A DNA stretch of 64,000 nt from positions 16,368,001-16,432,000 of the forward strand of contig OX597822.1 in the NCBI GenBank assembly GCA_951406725.2, given 5' to 3'. The notes beneath the pieces were generated by a model, which searched no databases, was not told the origin of the DNA, and saw only the letters and a list, made by a program, of their open reading frames with translations. This stretch comes from Octopus vulgaris. Its lineage: Eukaryota. The position numbers and the translations under genes are program-made. This document shows positions 41,550 through 55,997 of this stretch, in pieces. The stretch's first letter is position 1. Every line of letters starts with the position of its first letter.

Positions 41550-41861
41550 TTTGAAAACGGAGAGATCTAGTGGATAGAAATTAATTCATTAGTTAATTAA
41601 CATATTAACCTACAATTGTTTCATTTCATAACCAAAATTAAAACTCCAAAGCATAAATAAATATATAATCTTGCATTCTGCAATACCTTGGATGGAAAAT
41701 CCTCAGAATAATTTTCCATCGAAGGTATTCCAGAATGAAAGATTATATATTTATTTATGTTTTGGAGTTTTAATTTTGGTTATGAAATTATACAATTGTA
41801 GGTTAATATGTTAATTAACTAATAAATTAATTTCTATCCACTAGATCTCTCCGTTTTCAAA
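41550..41861. repeat. Fold-back palindrome, 151-bp arms, 10-nt loop, HHR remnants
   Basis: Arms 41550-41700 and 41711-41861. Confidence 0.92.
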
Positions 41862-42001
41862 ATAATAATAATACTTGGTATTTTATGATATTTCATATAA
41901 TATATGCATTGAAGAAAAATCATCTCTCCAAAATACATATTAAACCAGCGTATTTTGGATAAAAATATCCTTATAAGAGGTTTATATGTCCTCATTGTGA
42001 C

Positions 42002-42032
<31 letters not shown>

Positions 42033-42069
42033 AGTGAGTGAGGTTATACACTCACATATACTCATCGTG

Positions 42070-42367
42070 AAGGCGCGATGAGTATCAGCAAGGGGTATTC
42101 GGCTAGCATTGGCAAAGTTGTGTGTTCCATTCCCAACGGCAAAATGTTCTGGGGCAAAACATTTATTTGATGTTCTTCCAGTGCACTCAGCTGGCAAGAA
42201 TGAGTTGTACCTGTAATTCAACAGGACCGGCCTTGTTACGTTCAGTGTGTCATGCTGAATCTCATTGAGATCTACGTTCAGGACACGCGGGTCCTTCTTT
42301 GCGGAATTTTCGACCGTCCCGTTGATCGGATCAACTGGAACACGTCATTGTAACCGAGGCTAAGCCA
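42070..42367 (+). mobile_element. Diverged CORE-like SINE with tail type 3
   Basis: TTGTACCTGTAATTCAA..CCTTGT..GCTGAATCTC..CTACGTT..CCGTTGATCGGATCAACTGGAAC is shared with the 45664 copy. Confidence 0.7.
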
Positions 42368-42411
42368 GGCCTATATATATATGTATGTATATATGTATGC
42401 TATATTTATTT

Positions 42412-42449
<38 letters not shown>

Positions 42450-42532
42450 TTATTTATTTAGTTATATTTATATATTTGTAGGCAAATCGAAAATTAAAAA
42501 TAACAAGAGTCTATATTTATTTTATATATTAT

Positions 42533-42563
<31 letters not shown>

Positions 42564-42577
42564 TTAGTTATATTTTA

Positions 42578-42668
<91 letters not shown>

Positions 42669-42686
42669 TTATTTAAAAGACAAATC

Positions 42687-42772
<86 letters not shown>

Positions 42773-43465
42773 AAATAACAAGAGGTCAAAAAGACGTACA
42801 CAATGACGCTCAGTATAAGATGGAAAAAAGAGTTGGTGTATAAGGTTTGGAGCATAATACAGGAACAAATACTGCAAGGCGTCTCGCTTCATATTCTAAT
42901 AAGTTCCGCCAGTCCAGCACCGTATATTGGTAATTTATTTATCAACTCCAGAAAGAGAGAAAGTAAAGTATGACTTTGGCAGAAATTGAACCTCAAAACA
43001 GTATAAGGCGGAATACATACAGCCATGCATTTTCTAAAATTCTTTTACGATTCTGTTCTTTAGTTGCCAAACGCAGACTTAAAGAACACTCGTTGTTCAA
43101 ATATAGAACATGTTGAAAAATTCACATTCTAGTTTTTAATGTTTTTATCTTTCAGTATCCCAGTATCCTACCTTCTCAACGGGGAAACAACAACAATAAT
43201 TGTAACACATATCACAGGTAGCGCACAACAGCTGCAAAACCTGCATTAATTGAGAACATAGAGTTGACGGTTTTTCTAACACGTATCACATTCACAGCGA
43301 GAGTTGGATAATGGATTCTACAAGTGAATATCGTTATGTTTTGTTGGCTTCTTGTCACAGAAAATCAAATATGGCCTGACTGATAGATTTGCTTGGATGA
43401 ATGTTCTAACGTAAATATTAATAGTAATGAAGTAGATATTGTCATCAGGGATATACTTTTATATT

Positions 43466-43508
<43 letters not shown>

Positions 43509-44191
43509 GTGCGTATTTATGTATGTATGTATGTATGTATGTATGTATGTATGTATGTATGTATATGTGTGTGTGTATGTATATGCTGGCTCGGTTGTAC
43601 CTTCTATACGGTTCTCTTGGGACAATATTTCCTGCAAAACGTATTATTTTAGAAAGTGCTTGCCGTATGATTCTAAGAGCTAAGAGTATCTACAATTCAG
43701 GATATATATATATATACACACATATATATATGTGTGTGTATGCGTATGTGTATATGTGTATGTATTTTCATGTACATATATATATGCATGCATACATACA
43801 TACATACATGCATACTTACATACATACTTACATATCGATGTATACATTCTTTTGTGTGTGAAGTGTATGTTTGTGTGTGCCCACAGGAACATATATATAT
43901 ATAACCACTGTCATGGAGGTGAACGATACGATAGTCACATTTTACAACTCATATCCTATGTGCATATAATTTGTTATCAAATAAATAGCATTCCATACCA
44001 AAAAAAACTGAAACATCGATTTTCTAATCGCAATCCCCTTGATTAAGAGGCCGACTGGAAACGCTTTGATGCTTTTTTCAGTTTTTACTCTTTCTTTCTT
44101 ATCATATTTATTGATAATCCATTTGGTTAAAGCTTCGTCTTTCGCATCTATTACACGAGAGAATAAATGACATTTGTAATATCACTCATCC

Positions 44192-44245
<54 letters not shown>

Positions 44246-44937
44246 GCTCTTCCTCTCTTTATCTCTTCCTATCTCACTTTCTCTTTATCTCTTCCTCTCT
44301 CTCTAAAACACATACACACATACACAAGCACACGACACATATACATAATTCTGGTCACACACCTGAGGATGTGAATGTGTTTTTAACATATATTTAATCT
44401 CGTTGGCTAAATAGAAGAAAAAAGTGTCTGCCTCAATCTATCACTTTATATGTTTACTAACCATTTGCATTTCCCTGGAGACAAAATCAGACGAGGGTTA
44501 AGCGATGTGACAATAATTGCATGGAAGAATAAAAGTTCATACGAATCTTTGTGTGTTTCTGTTGCTTCCAGTGTATGTAACGTTGTATAATTGTTCCGTT
44601 TCTATTTGTATTAACCAAGACATGTTTGTTTGCGCGTTTGTGATCGTTGGTTGTTCATGTGTCTCTATCTAGGCCAGATATACATTGATTTGTTGAGCTC
44701 GGTGTGTGAATTTCTGATTAATCTTGCACAATACACTTTTTTTTATACGTGGAGAGAAAGCATTTTTAGGCACTGTTTGTCAACATGTCTTCGTGCTGTG
44801 GTTAAAATGTACATCAGTCTACTCTGAACGATGGAATGATCTCATTCGTGCTAACTGATAGACATATATATGTATATATGCATGTATTTGTCTATCTACC
44901 TCCTATATACCTTATATATATATATAAATAGATAGAT

Positions 44938-45013
<76 letters not shown>

Positions 45014-45500
45014 GTGTGCGTGTATGTGTATGCATATATATGCATACATATAGATGTATGTGGGAAAAATGGATACAATGTGGGTGATTGTATAAGACCC
45101 ACTCGCGTACTAGCCGTGCATCTCTGGTTTTTGTTATTAAAATTCTGTATATAATTATGACTTATGCGTGTATTATATATGTATGTATGTCTATGTATGT
45201 ATGCATTCAAGCATCTATGTATGTATATATGTATGTATGTGTGTCTGTATGTCATTATTCAGTTTTATTTTAAGATTTCTTGCTAATAGAGAAAGAGCCG
45301 GTTTCTAACCTAGATCCAAGGCTCCTTCATTGGAATTTCAAAATCAACGACAGGGTATTTTTGTATATATGTATGTATGTATATGTGCAGATTTGTATGC
45401 TCTATTTTATATATGTATTCTCATGCATATAGTTGCATATCTTGACATGCTCATATATATTTAAATGATAAACTTCTGGAATTTTTACAATTCCAGTGAT

Positions 45501-45622
45501 GGAAACGCAATCTTTCAGGATGATAATGCACCATTTCACACAGCCATAGTTGTTACTGAATAGAACGAGGAACACTCAAGTGAAATTTAACATCTTATCT
45601 GGCCACCACAGTCCCCAGATCT

Positions 45623-45626
<4 letters not shown>
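45501..45626 (+). mobile_element. Tc1/mariner transposase relic
   Basis: NAIFQDDNAPFHTA...HLIWPPQSPDLN, with in-frame stops. Confidence 0.85.
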
Positions 45627-45663
<37 letters not shown>

Positions 45664-45666
<3 letters not shown>

Positions 45667-46044
45667 TGGCACTCCGTCGGTTACGACGACGACGGTTCCA
45701 GTTGATCTGATCAACGGAACAGCCTGCTTGTGAAATTTACGTGCAAGTGGCTGAACACATCACAGACACGTGTACCCTTAACGTAGTTCTTGGGGAGATT
45801 CAGCGTCACACAGAGTATGACAAGGCTGGTCCTTTGAAATACAGGTACAACAGAAATAGGAAGAGAGAGTGAAAGAAAGTCATGGTGAAAAAGTGCAGCA
45901 AGGTTCGCCACCCGCCTTGTCGGAGCCTTGTGGAGCTTTAGGTGTTTTCGTTCAATAAACACTCAGAACGCCCGGTTTGGGAATCGAAACAGCGATCCTA
46001 CGACCGCGAGTCCGCTGCCCTAACCACTGGGCCATTGTGCCTCC
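45664..46044 (-). mobile_element. tRNA(Arg-like)-headed SINE, tail type 3
   Basis: Same head and body as 19533 and 38705. Confidence 0.85.
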
Positions 46045-46059
46045 ATGTATATATATATA

Positions 46060-46245
46060 AGGTGAGCTTAGCGGCATTTCGTCTGTCTTTACATTCTGAG
46101 TTCAAATTCGACCGAGGTCGACTCTGCTATTTATTCTTCGAAGTGGACAAAATAACTACGAGTTGAAGACTGGGGGTCGATGTAATAGGCTTGCCCTTCC
46201 CTCCTGAAATTGCTGGCTTTGTGCCAAAATTTGAAACCAATAATG
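46060..46245 (+). mobile_element. SINE of the 62415 family with alternative tail
   Basis: TTCTGAGTTCAAATTCGACCGAGGTCGAC...GCTGGCTTTGTGCCAAAATTTGAAACCAATAAT. Confidence 0.75.
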
Positions 46246-46904
46246 TATATCTCATTATAGTTCGAATGCCCTTTGTGCGCCTTCAATCCTATTTTGTTCG
46301 TAGAAAGTGGTATTACTGTCGGTGAAACCACCAGATATTCTCATAAGAAGCTTCTAAACAGTGTGACACAATTTTTTACACGAATGATATAACTTTAGGA
46401 CTCTCGTATTTAGTTTTACGTAACTCAGATTTATGTGGAGGATAAATTATATTACGCAACATTTGTGCCTCTCCCTTAAGGACGATAAAGATGGAAGGGA
46501 AAGGAAAATCTAGTGTCGTAAAACAAAACATCGGTCACAGAGGCAAGTTGCCAACTCTTCACCTCTACACGGAACTCGTTATATAATTGTATACAATTAT
46601 AAATAAGGATAATTCCATTGGGTATACAACAATGTGTGTTTAGAACAAATACACGCTTTCATTAGAAGCTAATATCACTGGTGTCCTCTTGCCGACACAA
46701 AAGTAAATACTGACTTCGACAGACACAAATAGACGAAGAATATATGCAGAAAGAAGGATGGATGGATGGATGGATAGAGATAGTTAGATAGGTAGTTAGA
46801 TAGAAGTAGAAAGATAAATAGATACATACATACATACATACATACATACATACATACATACATACATACATACATACATACATACATACATACATACATA
46901 GATC

Positions 46905-47008
<104 letters not shown>

Positions 47009-47558
47009 GATAGATAGACAGAGAGACATTTTAACTAACGGTAGATATATGAAGACAAACAGAAAGGAATTATAAGTTGTTGGTATTTGAGCGAGTGACA
47101 TTACAGTAAAAATAGAAACGACAAATAACGGCGAGAAGGACATAGTGATAGGTTGAGCAAATCTTCTTGCTGGAACAACTAATTACACATCTCCATTTGA
47201 AACAACAGCCTTTGGGAATTGCAATTCCAATACACCTAAATGTATAGAGTATTGTCTTCGAGGTGACGAAGAAAGAATACGCATTCTCAAAGAAAGGAGC
47301 CTTGTCGTTTCTATAAGTTTTACTGTCCCTCCTATTCGTTCAGCTTGTTTACACTATTGTTCGTGATGTTGTTGTTGTTGTTAGCGATGATGGTGGTGGT
47401 GGAGCGGTTGTTACAAGTGGTTTTAACGCGTCGACGTTGTTTTTGTTGATGGCGCTGTTCTCGTTTGCTCAGGCTGTCGTAAATTCTGTTGAATCTGTGG
47501 AAATGTGAACGCACCTGTAAACACGTATGTATACACACACACACACACACACATACGC

Positions 47559-47623
<65 letters not shown>

Positions 47624-47710
47624 CATATATTATGCACGCGTATGTGCATACGTGTATATGTGCATATGTGCGTGTGCGTGTGTATGTGTGTGTATGTGTG
47701 TGCGTATGTG

Positions 47711-47762
<52 letters not shown>

Positions 47763-47907
47763 GTGAAAGGCCTCATACTCCAAATGTTTCTATGTGGATA
47801 TTATGTCGCGTACTGATCGATATAACAATGTAATTATTCCAAAGTTTTCCTCTGCACAAATTTCTCGCCTTCTTTGTCATTTCGGATTCCTCCTCTTCTC
47901 ACACCCA

Positions 47908-47958
<51 letters not shown>

Positions 47959-48460
47959 GTCACCTTCTCTCCCACACACTCTCTCTCTCCCTTTCCCTTT
48001 ATTTCCTTCTCCATCACTCTCACTATGCAAATCATTTCAGTTTTCCTACATCTATGTTTCTCCGTCACTCCTTCTCCCCCATCCGCGTACATATATATAT
48101 GTTTATGTGTTTGCCCGTGTGTGTGTGTGTATGTATTTGCCCGTGTGTGTGTATGTATGCGTGTGCGGTGGAGAAGGGAGTCCCAAACTAATTCGTAGCC
48201 TTTCCCGTTCTAGTTAATTCTTTTATTGCAATTTACTATCACTTTCGCTTTCCTCCTTCATTTTCCACACTATTTTATTTCCCCCTCTCTCACTCTCTGT
48301 GTATATACATACATACATGCATACATAAACACGCACACATACACACACACACACATATATATATAATATATATATATGTATGTATATATATATACATATA
48401 TTTATGTACGTATACATATACAAATATATACATATATATATTATATATATACATATATAT

Positions 48461-48509
<49 letters not shown>

Positions 48510-49577
48510 TATATACAAACATATATATATACAAATATATATGTATATATACATATATACATATATATATGTGTATATATATATATATATGTATACATAT
48601 ATATATACACAGATATATATACATATATGTGTATGTATATATATATATACATATATATATACACATATATATAGATGTATATATATATATATGTGTATAT
48701 ATATATGTATATATACATATATATGTATACATATATATGTATATATATATATATATATAATATAAATAATATACATTTGTGTGTGTATATATATATATAT
48801 CTGAGTTATTCGTACGGTCGTAAAACTGAATCCTACTCTCAATTTACGTATGTGTATGAATATGAATATATAGATATGCATATACATATAAATTATATGT
48901 ATATACATGTACAAAGATGCATGTATACATGTATGCGTTTGTGTGTGTGTATACGTGTGTGTGTGTGACATTCTGTCGCATACTCTCCTTCCTCTCATTC
49001 TTCTCCCTCTATTTCCAACTTCATCCTTTCACCCATCTCATTTCGAATCACCTTTTCCTTTAGTTTTGCATATCTTACTCCATCTAGTTTCCCTTTCCTT
49101 TAACTTCTCTCTACCTCATTCTCTTCCTCTTTCTCTCTCCTTTTTCTCTCTCTCTCTCTCTCTCTCTCTGTCTTTCTCCTCTTCCTCTCCTAATTATTTG
49201 CTACTCTTTTTTTTTCTTCGTTAATTTCAATCCTTTCCCCCTCCTGCTCACCATCACATCATTACTCTCTCCCTAAACCCTCTCCTTCCTCCTTTCTTTT
49301 CAGTGATACTTTCTCTCATACAAGTGTTTGCCATTTCGTTTCTCCTCTCCCACTCTCCTCTACCTCTTTCCAGTTAGTTTTCTTGGAAATTATTTCCCAT
49401 CTGGCACTCGAAATTTTTAACACACAACTTCCTTCATTAAAATTTTCCCTGAAATTCCTCCATCACTTCCTCTTTTTCTTCTTTTTCTCTCTCTCCCCAT
49501 ACATACACATATATACGCACAGATACATAAATACATACATACATGCATACAAACATGTGCATATACATATGTATATG

Positions 49578-49624
<47 letters not shown>

Positions 49625-49728
49625 GAATACATGCGTCGAGTCCTGTATAGATTCACGTGTCATATTTACATACCTACGCCTATACATACGTATGTACTAA
49701 TGATATATATATATATGCATAGTTACAC

Positions 49729-49762
<34 letters not shown>

Positions 49763-49853
49763 ATGTATATGTTCGAGTCCGTATACATGTACATACACAC
49801 ACAAACATATATATATATATGTATGTACGTATGTATGTATGTATGTATTTGTA

Positions 49854-49884
<31 letters not shown>

Positions 49885-49967
49885 ATGCATGTGTTTGCCA
49901 CTTATTTCCTTTCTGAGTTATTCCTACTCTGGTGAAGCGGAAACCTATTCCCGTTGCCCCCAAGAGG

Positions 49968-50043
<76 letters not shown>

Positions 50044-50711
50044 GCAGATGAGAAATATATATAATCACCGCTCATCATAGTAAACCGGAAGCTCCTACGA
50101 CGTTAATGACAATAATGCGATCCTTCTCACCAGAAATTAATGCAACAATGGCAAAATCGGAGCCGACATTCAGTGTGAGAATAGGTAGCAAGAAGCATCG
50201 AGTCCTGTATAGATAATACATCGATGTCAGTATTAGGTTTCGAAAGAAAAACATGCTTTTACATTTCCTACGGATTAAATTTTACCGGCAATTTGATATA
50301 TGATATATATATTATATATGCGAGAGGGTAAGGTGCGTGTATCTGGGTGTGCATGTTCGCGTGTGCGTGTGTGAATGAGCGAGAGGGTCGCGCGTGTGTG
50401 TATGTGTGTGTATGTGTGTACACTACTGCACCGCTGTTTCCTATTTTCCTGTTACTTTGTGTGTACTATTATTGTATATTTGTTATTTAAAAACACATCA
50501 CTAGTTGTGTGTGTTTATGTATATATATACACACTTAGAATATCCACTTTCTTCGTGGTTATCAATTACATATACATATATATATATACGTATATGTGTA
50601 TATGTATATAAATATATATATGCATGTATGTATATATGTAAGTACCTAAACACACGATATACACGCACATACATACATACGTACATTAAGTAATTCTATT
50701 GTTTGATAATT

Positions 50712-50985
50712 AAGGCTCGTAGCTTATGGTTAGAGTTTTGCACTCACGATCGCGAGATAGTGGTTTCGATTTCCAGACTGGCTGTGTGTTGTGTTCTTGA
50801 GCAAATCACTTCATTTGTTCTCAATCCAATCGGCACCCCTAGCATTCTGTTCAAGGGGAACGTTGGCCTGCCCGCCCACCCAGTGGGTTAGCATCATTCG
50901 AAAGCCTCGATCATATGAGGAAGTGTATTGTCATTAGCGATGTATAACAACATCCGATAGTCTAGTTGAAATAGTGATGTAATGA
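50712..50985 (+). mobile_element. Diverged CORE-like SINE with tail type 1
   Basis: B-box GGTTTCGATTTCC, GTGTTCTTGAGCAA, and a tail like 19710-19827. Confidence 0.7.
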
Positions 50986-52116
50986 TACATAACATATATA
51001 TTATCTGTGTGTGTGCGCGCCTATATATGTGTGTGCGTGTGTGTATGTTTACGTATGCGTACTTTGTACTTGCTTCCGCAGATGCATATTTGTTAGTGTT
51101 GTGCGTGTTTATGCATATATTTGCATTGATCTGTGAACACAACTTCCGTTCTTCTGCTTCTTAAATATCAAACTGACGTACGAAATATCCTCGATTCGAA
51201 ACATAACTCTCGTATGTTGTCATCTCATGAGCTTGGATAATTAATCTAAGCCCGTTCAGTTAATGTAGATAAAACCTTGTTCTATGAAGCCAGAATTTGC
51301 TTTACTTTTACGGATGTTATTCATGTTGTGTACATCAGAAATAACATCGAAAAACCGAATCTCACTGCTTCTTTATACCTCGTCCCACAAGCTGTAATAA
51401 ATTTCAATATTGGAAATGCCTTCAACTAATGATTTGTCATTTTAAAAACCTTTAACCAACGTTGCTTCTGTTCACCGTTTGCGATGTAAAACAAATAAAA
51501 TAGCATAAAAACATTTATATTTGCTCCACGTTCTTATATGAACATCGGGTATGCTACATGGTTAGAAGGTGCGAGCTTTGCTGCTATTCCTGAGTCCTGA
51601 GCCTTCCTTTTAACTGATTATAGGATATACAATCTATCCTACAGAATACTTCTCGTCTTGAAAATATCCGAATCACTTGTAATACAGGCGTCTTCCACGG
51701 CCCAGGCAGTGATCTAAAGTTATGGTGTAGTCTATGACCATGTATGCGCGTGATCTGTATAAAATCTATTCTTTTGCTCGATATAATATTTCACCAGGAA
51801 CTTGGATGTCTACAGAATTAGGACTAGAACTAACAGGATGTCTTCATTAGTTCTTTCTTTCTGAATCTTGATTTGAATGCTAACAATCTCGTCATTGTCG
51901 TTGTGTATATTTTCGTGTCAAACCAGATTGAGGGAGCAGAATTATGATAACACGCATCCAGAGTTTCCCCATTTACCTTAGCTTAGGCAAACCCAATGCA
52001 GATACGTCTTTCGGTTTTAAAGACTATAGGGGATAGGATAAAAGTCACCTGATAGTCAATCAAAACCGTTTAAGTCAAAGATTTATTTATGTTTAACAAC
52101 TGAATGAGACTTCGCT

Positions 52117-52319
52117 AATCAACCTTTCATAAATACTTAATATGCAAATTTATTTATTCATTCCAATTATAAACGTTTAATAATTGAATGATGTGAGTTA
52201 AGAATCATCGTTCTTGAAAAAAGAACGATGATTTTTAACTCACATCATTCAATTATTAAACATTTATAATTGGAATGAATAAATAAATTTGCATATTAAG
52301 TATTTATGAAAGGTTGATT
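52117..52319. repeat. Near-perfect AT-rich palindrome, 99-bp arms, 5-nt loop
   Basis: Centre ATCGTTCTT-GAAAA-AAGAACGAT at 52218. Confidence 0.92.
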
Positions 52320-53223
52320 TACTGTCGAGTGACTGTTGGCCAACCCTGTATGTTGTGATACGAGGGAGGTCTGGCAAATCTGGCGGTCAAAAGTAATTAG
52401 TTATCTACTAAGATGTCTCTTTGAATATAGAGGTGAAAGAGGTTTGCAAGCAAAGCCGACAACTGGAAAAACGAGGAACTTGGAAATGTGAATAAAAGCT
52501 CAGTGAGAGTTTCTCTATCTTCAAGTACGAACGCCGGCTGTCAATCACTTTAAATTTACAAAAACTAAAGTATTGATTAATGGCAATCCAACAGACAACT
52601 GCCTTTGCTATAATCTATGGTACAAAACATGCATACATACATGCAACCGTATATCTCTCTGTCTGTCTATCTAACTATTATCTATCTATCCATTCCTCTC
52701 TCTCTCTCACTCTCTCTATCTCTCTCTCTTTATATATATGTTTGTTTTCGTTCGGTTTCCTTGTATATCTTCACTGTCCTGTTTTTGTTCCCAACTTTGA
52801 CCCTCCATAAATCCCAAATTTTATTTTGGTACTTACGGCAGCAGTTATCTTTGAAGACTCACATTGTCATTCAATACTCAAAATGAGGAGTAGATAGGCA
52901 GCTGACAACTGATGAAGGGTCGTTCTTTATGTTACTTGTCCTGTTTCCCATTTGTTTCTCTCGTTGTTTGCATATTCAACTCATTTGTTTTTGTATTTCA
53001 TGTTGCTTACTGTTGGTGACATCCTGTACCCATATATGCATATATATATATATATACATATATACATCTATATATACATATATATGCATAATATATGTAT
53101 ATATATATGTTATTTTTATTGTATACATATATAAATAGCTGTGTATATAGATATATGTAAATACTTATGTATATATATATATATATATATAAATATATAT
53201 ATATATAAATATACGTATGTGTG

Positions 53224-53257
<34 letters not shown>

Positions 53258-53258
53258 T

Positions 53259-53381
<123 letters not shown>

Positions 53382-53410
53382 TTTTTTTTATTTTTGTGTG
53401 TGTGCATGTA

Positions 53411-53466
<56 letters not shown>

Positions 53467-53470
53467 TATA

Positions 53471-54255
53471 TAATATTAAGGAATGACCTTAATAGGCCAT
53501 TCAACTCAGTAAAACGAGCAGCTAAACTCAAACCGCTAAATAGTAGTAATTCAGAAATGTTTTGAATTTTCCTTTGATTTCTGAATTACTACAATTTAGC
53601 GGTTTGAGTCTAGCTGCTCGTTTTAGTGAGTTGAATGGCCTATTAAGGCCATTCCTTAATATTATTGTTGAATGTATATTATATAGTCTTTTGACTATTT
53701 TTCCTTTCTCACTTGACCGCTGGTGGCGAAAAAAAAATTTGTATTGAATTTTTTGCTACCCTTATATTGATTAATTAATGATTTTTTGGCTAATTCTGAA
53801 ATTAAATCAGCAGTTTATATTTGCTGCTGATAAGTTGGCGCGATGACGGTAGATTTTGAAAATTTAGAGTATATATTCCCAAGGCATCGATGCTGTTGCC
53901 TCGTGGAATATTTATTCCTCCTGGCTTCTTTGCCGATGAGACGGACCAGTGGTAAATTGACTTGATTAAATTTAATTTAATTTAATTAGGCTGGTTTATC
54001 AAAAAGTACGTCGAAACAATGCATAGTCCAAAGATGATTAGGGTAAGTGTTTTTGATTTTCCTTTGATTTCTGAATTACTACTATTTAGCGGTTTGAGTA
54101 TAGCTGCTCGTTTTAGTGAGTTGAATGGCCTATTAAGGCCATTCCTTAATATTATTGTTGAATGTATATTATATAGTCTTTTGACTATTTTTTCTTTCTC
54201 ACTAGACCGCTGGTGGCGAAAAAAATTTCTATTAAATTTTTTGCTACCCTTATAT

Positions 54256-54259
<4 letters not shown>
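53471..54259 (+). mobile_element. Non-coding retrozyme-like element: 490-nt monomer x1.43 plus an 88-bp inverted 5' segment, within (TA)n
   Basis: Period 490 (53571 vs 54061). 53471-53558 is the reverse complement of 53577-53664. One HHR. Confidence 0.8.
53927..54034 (+). ncRNA. Type I HHR, U4C core, predicted GUC cleavage after 54028
   Basis: TCTTTG-CCGATGA-GACG...CGTC-GAAA-CAATGCATAG-TC-CAAAGA, with near-palindromic stem III. Confidence 0.75.
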
Positions 54260-54302
<43 letters not shown>

Positions 54303-54305
<3 letters not shown>

Positions 54306-54375
54306 TTGCTTCAGTCAGTTGACTGCGGCCATGCTGGGGGGACAAACAGAGACACACAAACACGCACACACACAC

Positions 54376-54452
<77 letters not shown>

Positions 54453-54610
54453 GACGGCTACTTTTAGTTTCCGTCGACCAATTCCACTGACAAGGCTTTG
54501 GTCAACTCGAGGCGATAGAAAACACTTTCTCAAGGTGTCCTGCATTGGATATGAATCCAGACCCATGTAGTTGGTAAGCAAGCTTCTTACCACACATCTA
54601 CGCCTGCGCC
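54303..54610 (-). mobile_element. CORE-like SINE (32295 family), internally deleted
   Basis: Shares head and tail with 32295-32694. Confidence 0.75.
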
Positions 54611-54723
54611 TATAAAACCATTATTATATATATTATATATACATAAACAACTGCAAGCTAATGAAAGTCATCACATGAGTTCTTATTCTTTTGTTATTCT
54701 GATATGATATCTCATTTATCTGC

Positions 54724-54770
<47 letters not shown>

Positions 54771-54775
54771 GTCTG

Positions 54776-54850
<75 letters not shown>

Positions 54851-55744
54851 GTATATATATGCACACATATATATATACATACAAACACAGATTTATAGAT
54901 ATATGGATTATTTATATAAATGTATATGAATCTATTGAAATATGTATATCTGTTTTTATTCATATAGATACACACGTACACATATGCGCACGCATACATA
55001 CACACACGCTCATGCATATATATACATAAATACACTTACGTATAATATTATGATCCCAGCTACACAAGCAGATGTCAGTTGGCTTTCATTGCACATTTTC
55101 AAGATAACAATACCAGTAATAATCATTATAGAGAACAATAATTTATCCATATAACAGACGGTTCACGTTCGTCAGTAGCATAACATTTATCACATTATGT
55201 CGATTACATATGTGACTTGGCCGAAGAATAAAGGTAAATAGTTATTTATCGAACACACTTATAAAATAAATTATGTCAATTATTTTACTATTTCTGTCCA
55301 GGAATATCCTTTTTTGCAAAATGGGGTCTGAGTTATGTTGTTCATCTTTATGCTTTCTATAGACTTGTATGGCAAGCAACTACAAGTGGGAATTAATATC
55401 GATCACAGATAAATTTTATTTTCTATAGAATACACTGCCGTTCCTCGTATAACATAAATATTGACACATCTACGAAACCTAAATTTTCTCATCTAATTTC
55501 TCCATGTAAGAATAAAATTAACGACCTCCATATATCATACCGATTACGTTTTTAGCATAGAAACGAACAAAAAGTGCACAATGCAAATTGCATTTATACT
55601 CGTTTATTGGAAGCTGATGTCTTCTCTCAATCACCATTCCGAATTGAAGCTTTTGCTGATCTCTAGCAGTAGAACTCGGAGAGGAAAGTTGAATCAGAGA
55701 CAAAACACGAACCAAAGTAGAGAAGCAGGAAAGTTAAGAACTAG

Positions 55745-55997
55745 TTCCCAATTTTGACGTAAGGCCAGCAACTTTAAGTTGATTCGTCGATTACAGTGGG
55801 TCCAGTCCTTAACTGATACTTTATTTTATCGACCCCAAGAGGGTCGATAAAATAAAGAGGAAAGGCAAAGAGGAAAGGAAAGAGGAAAGGCAAAGTCAAT
55901 TTGAACGGAATTCGAACTCAGAACGTAATGAACCGGAAGAAATGTCGCAAAGCATTTTTGTCCGACGTGCTAACGTGTCTGCCAGCTCGTCGGCGTA
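55745..55997 (-). mobile_element. SINE of the 62415 family with a small internal inversion/duplication
   Basis: Head, B-box and core present. TTATTTTATCGACCC/GGGTCGATAAAATAA hairpin at about 55821-55856. Confidence 0.7.

Noticed and set aside
45290-45340. Minus-strand CCAATGA...GAAACCGG motif
   Set aside because: Two core changes and a misplaced cleavage triplet. Too degenerate to call.
52903-52952. GACAA-CTGATGA-AGGG...TTGTC hammerhead-like start
   Set aside because: No GAAA or stem III between the putative stem I strands.
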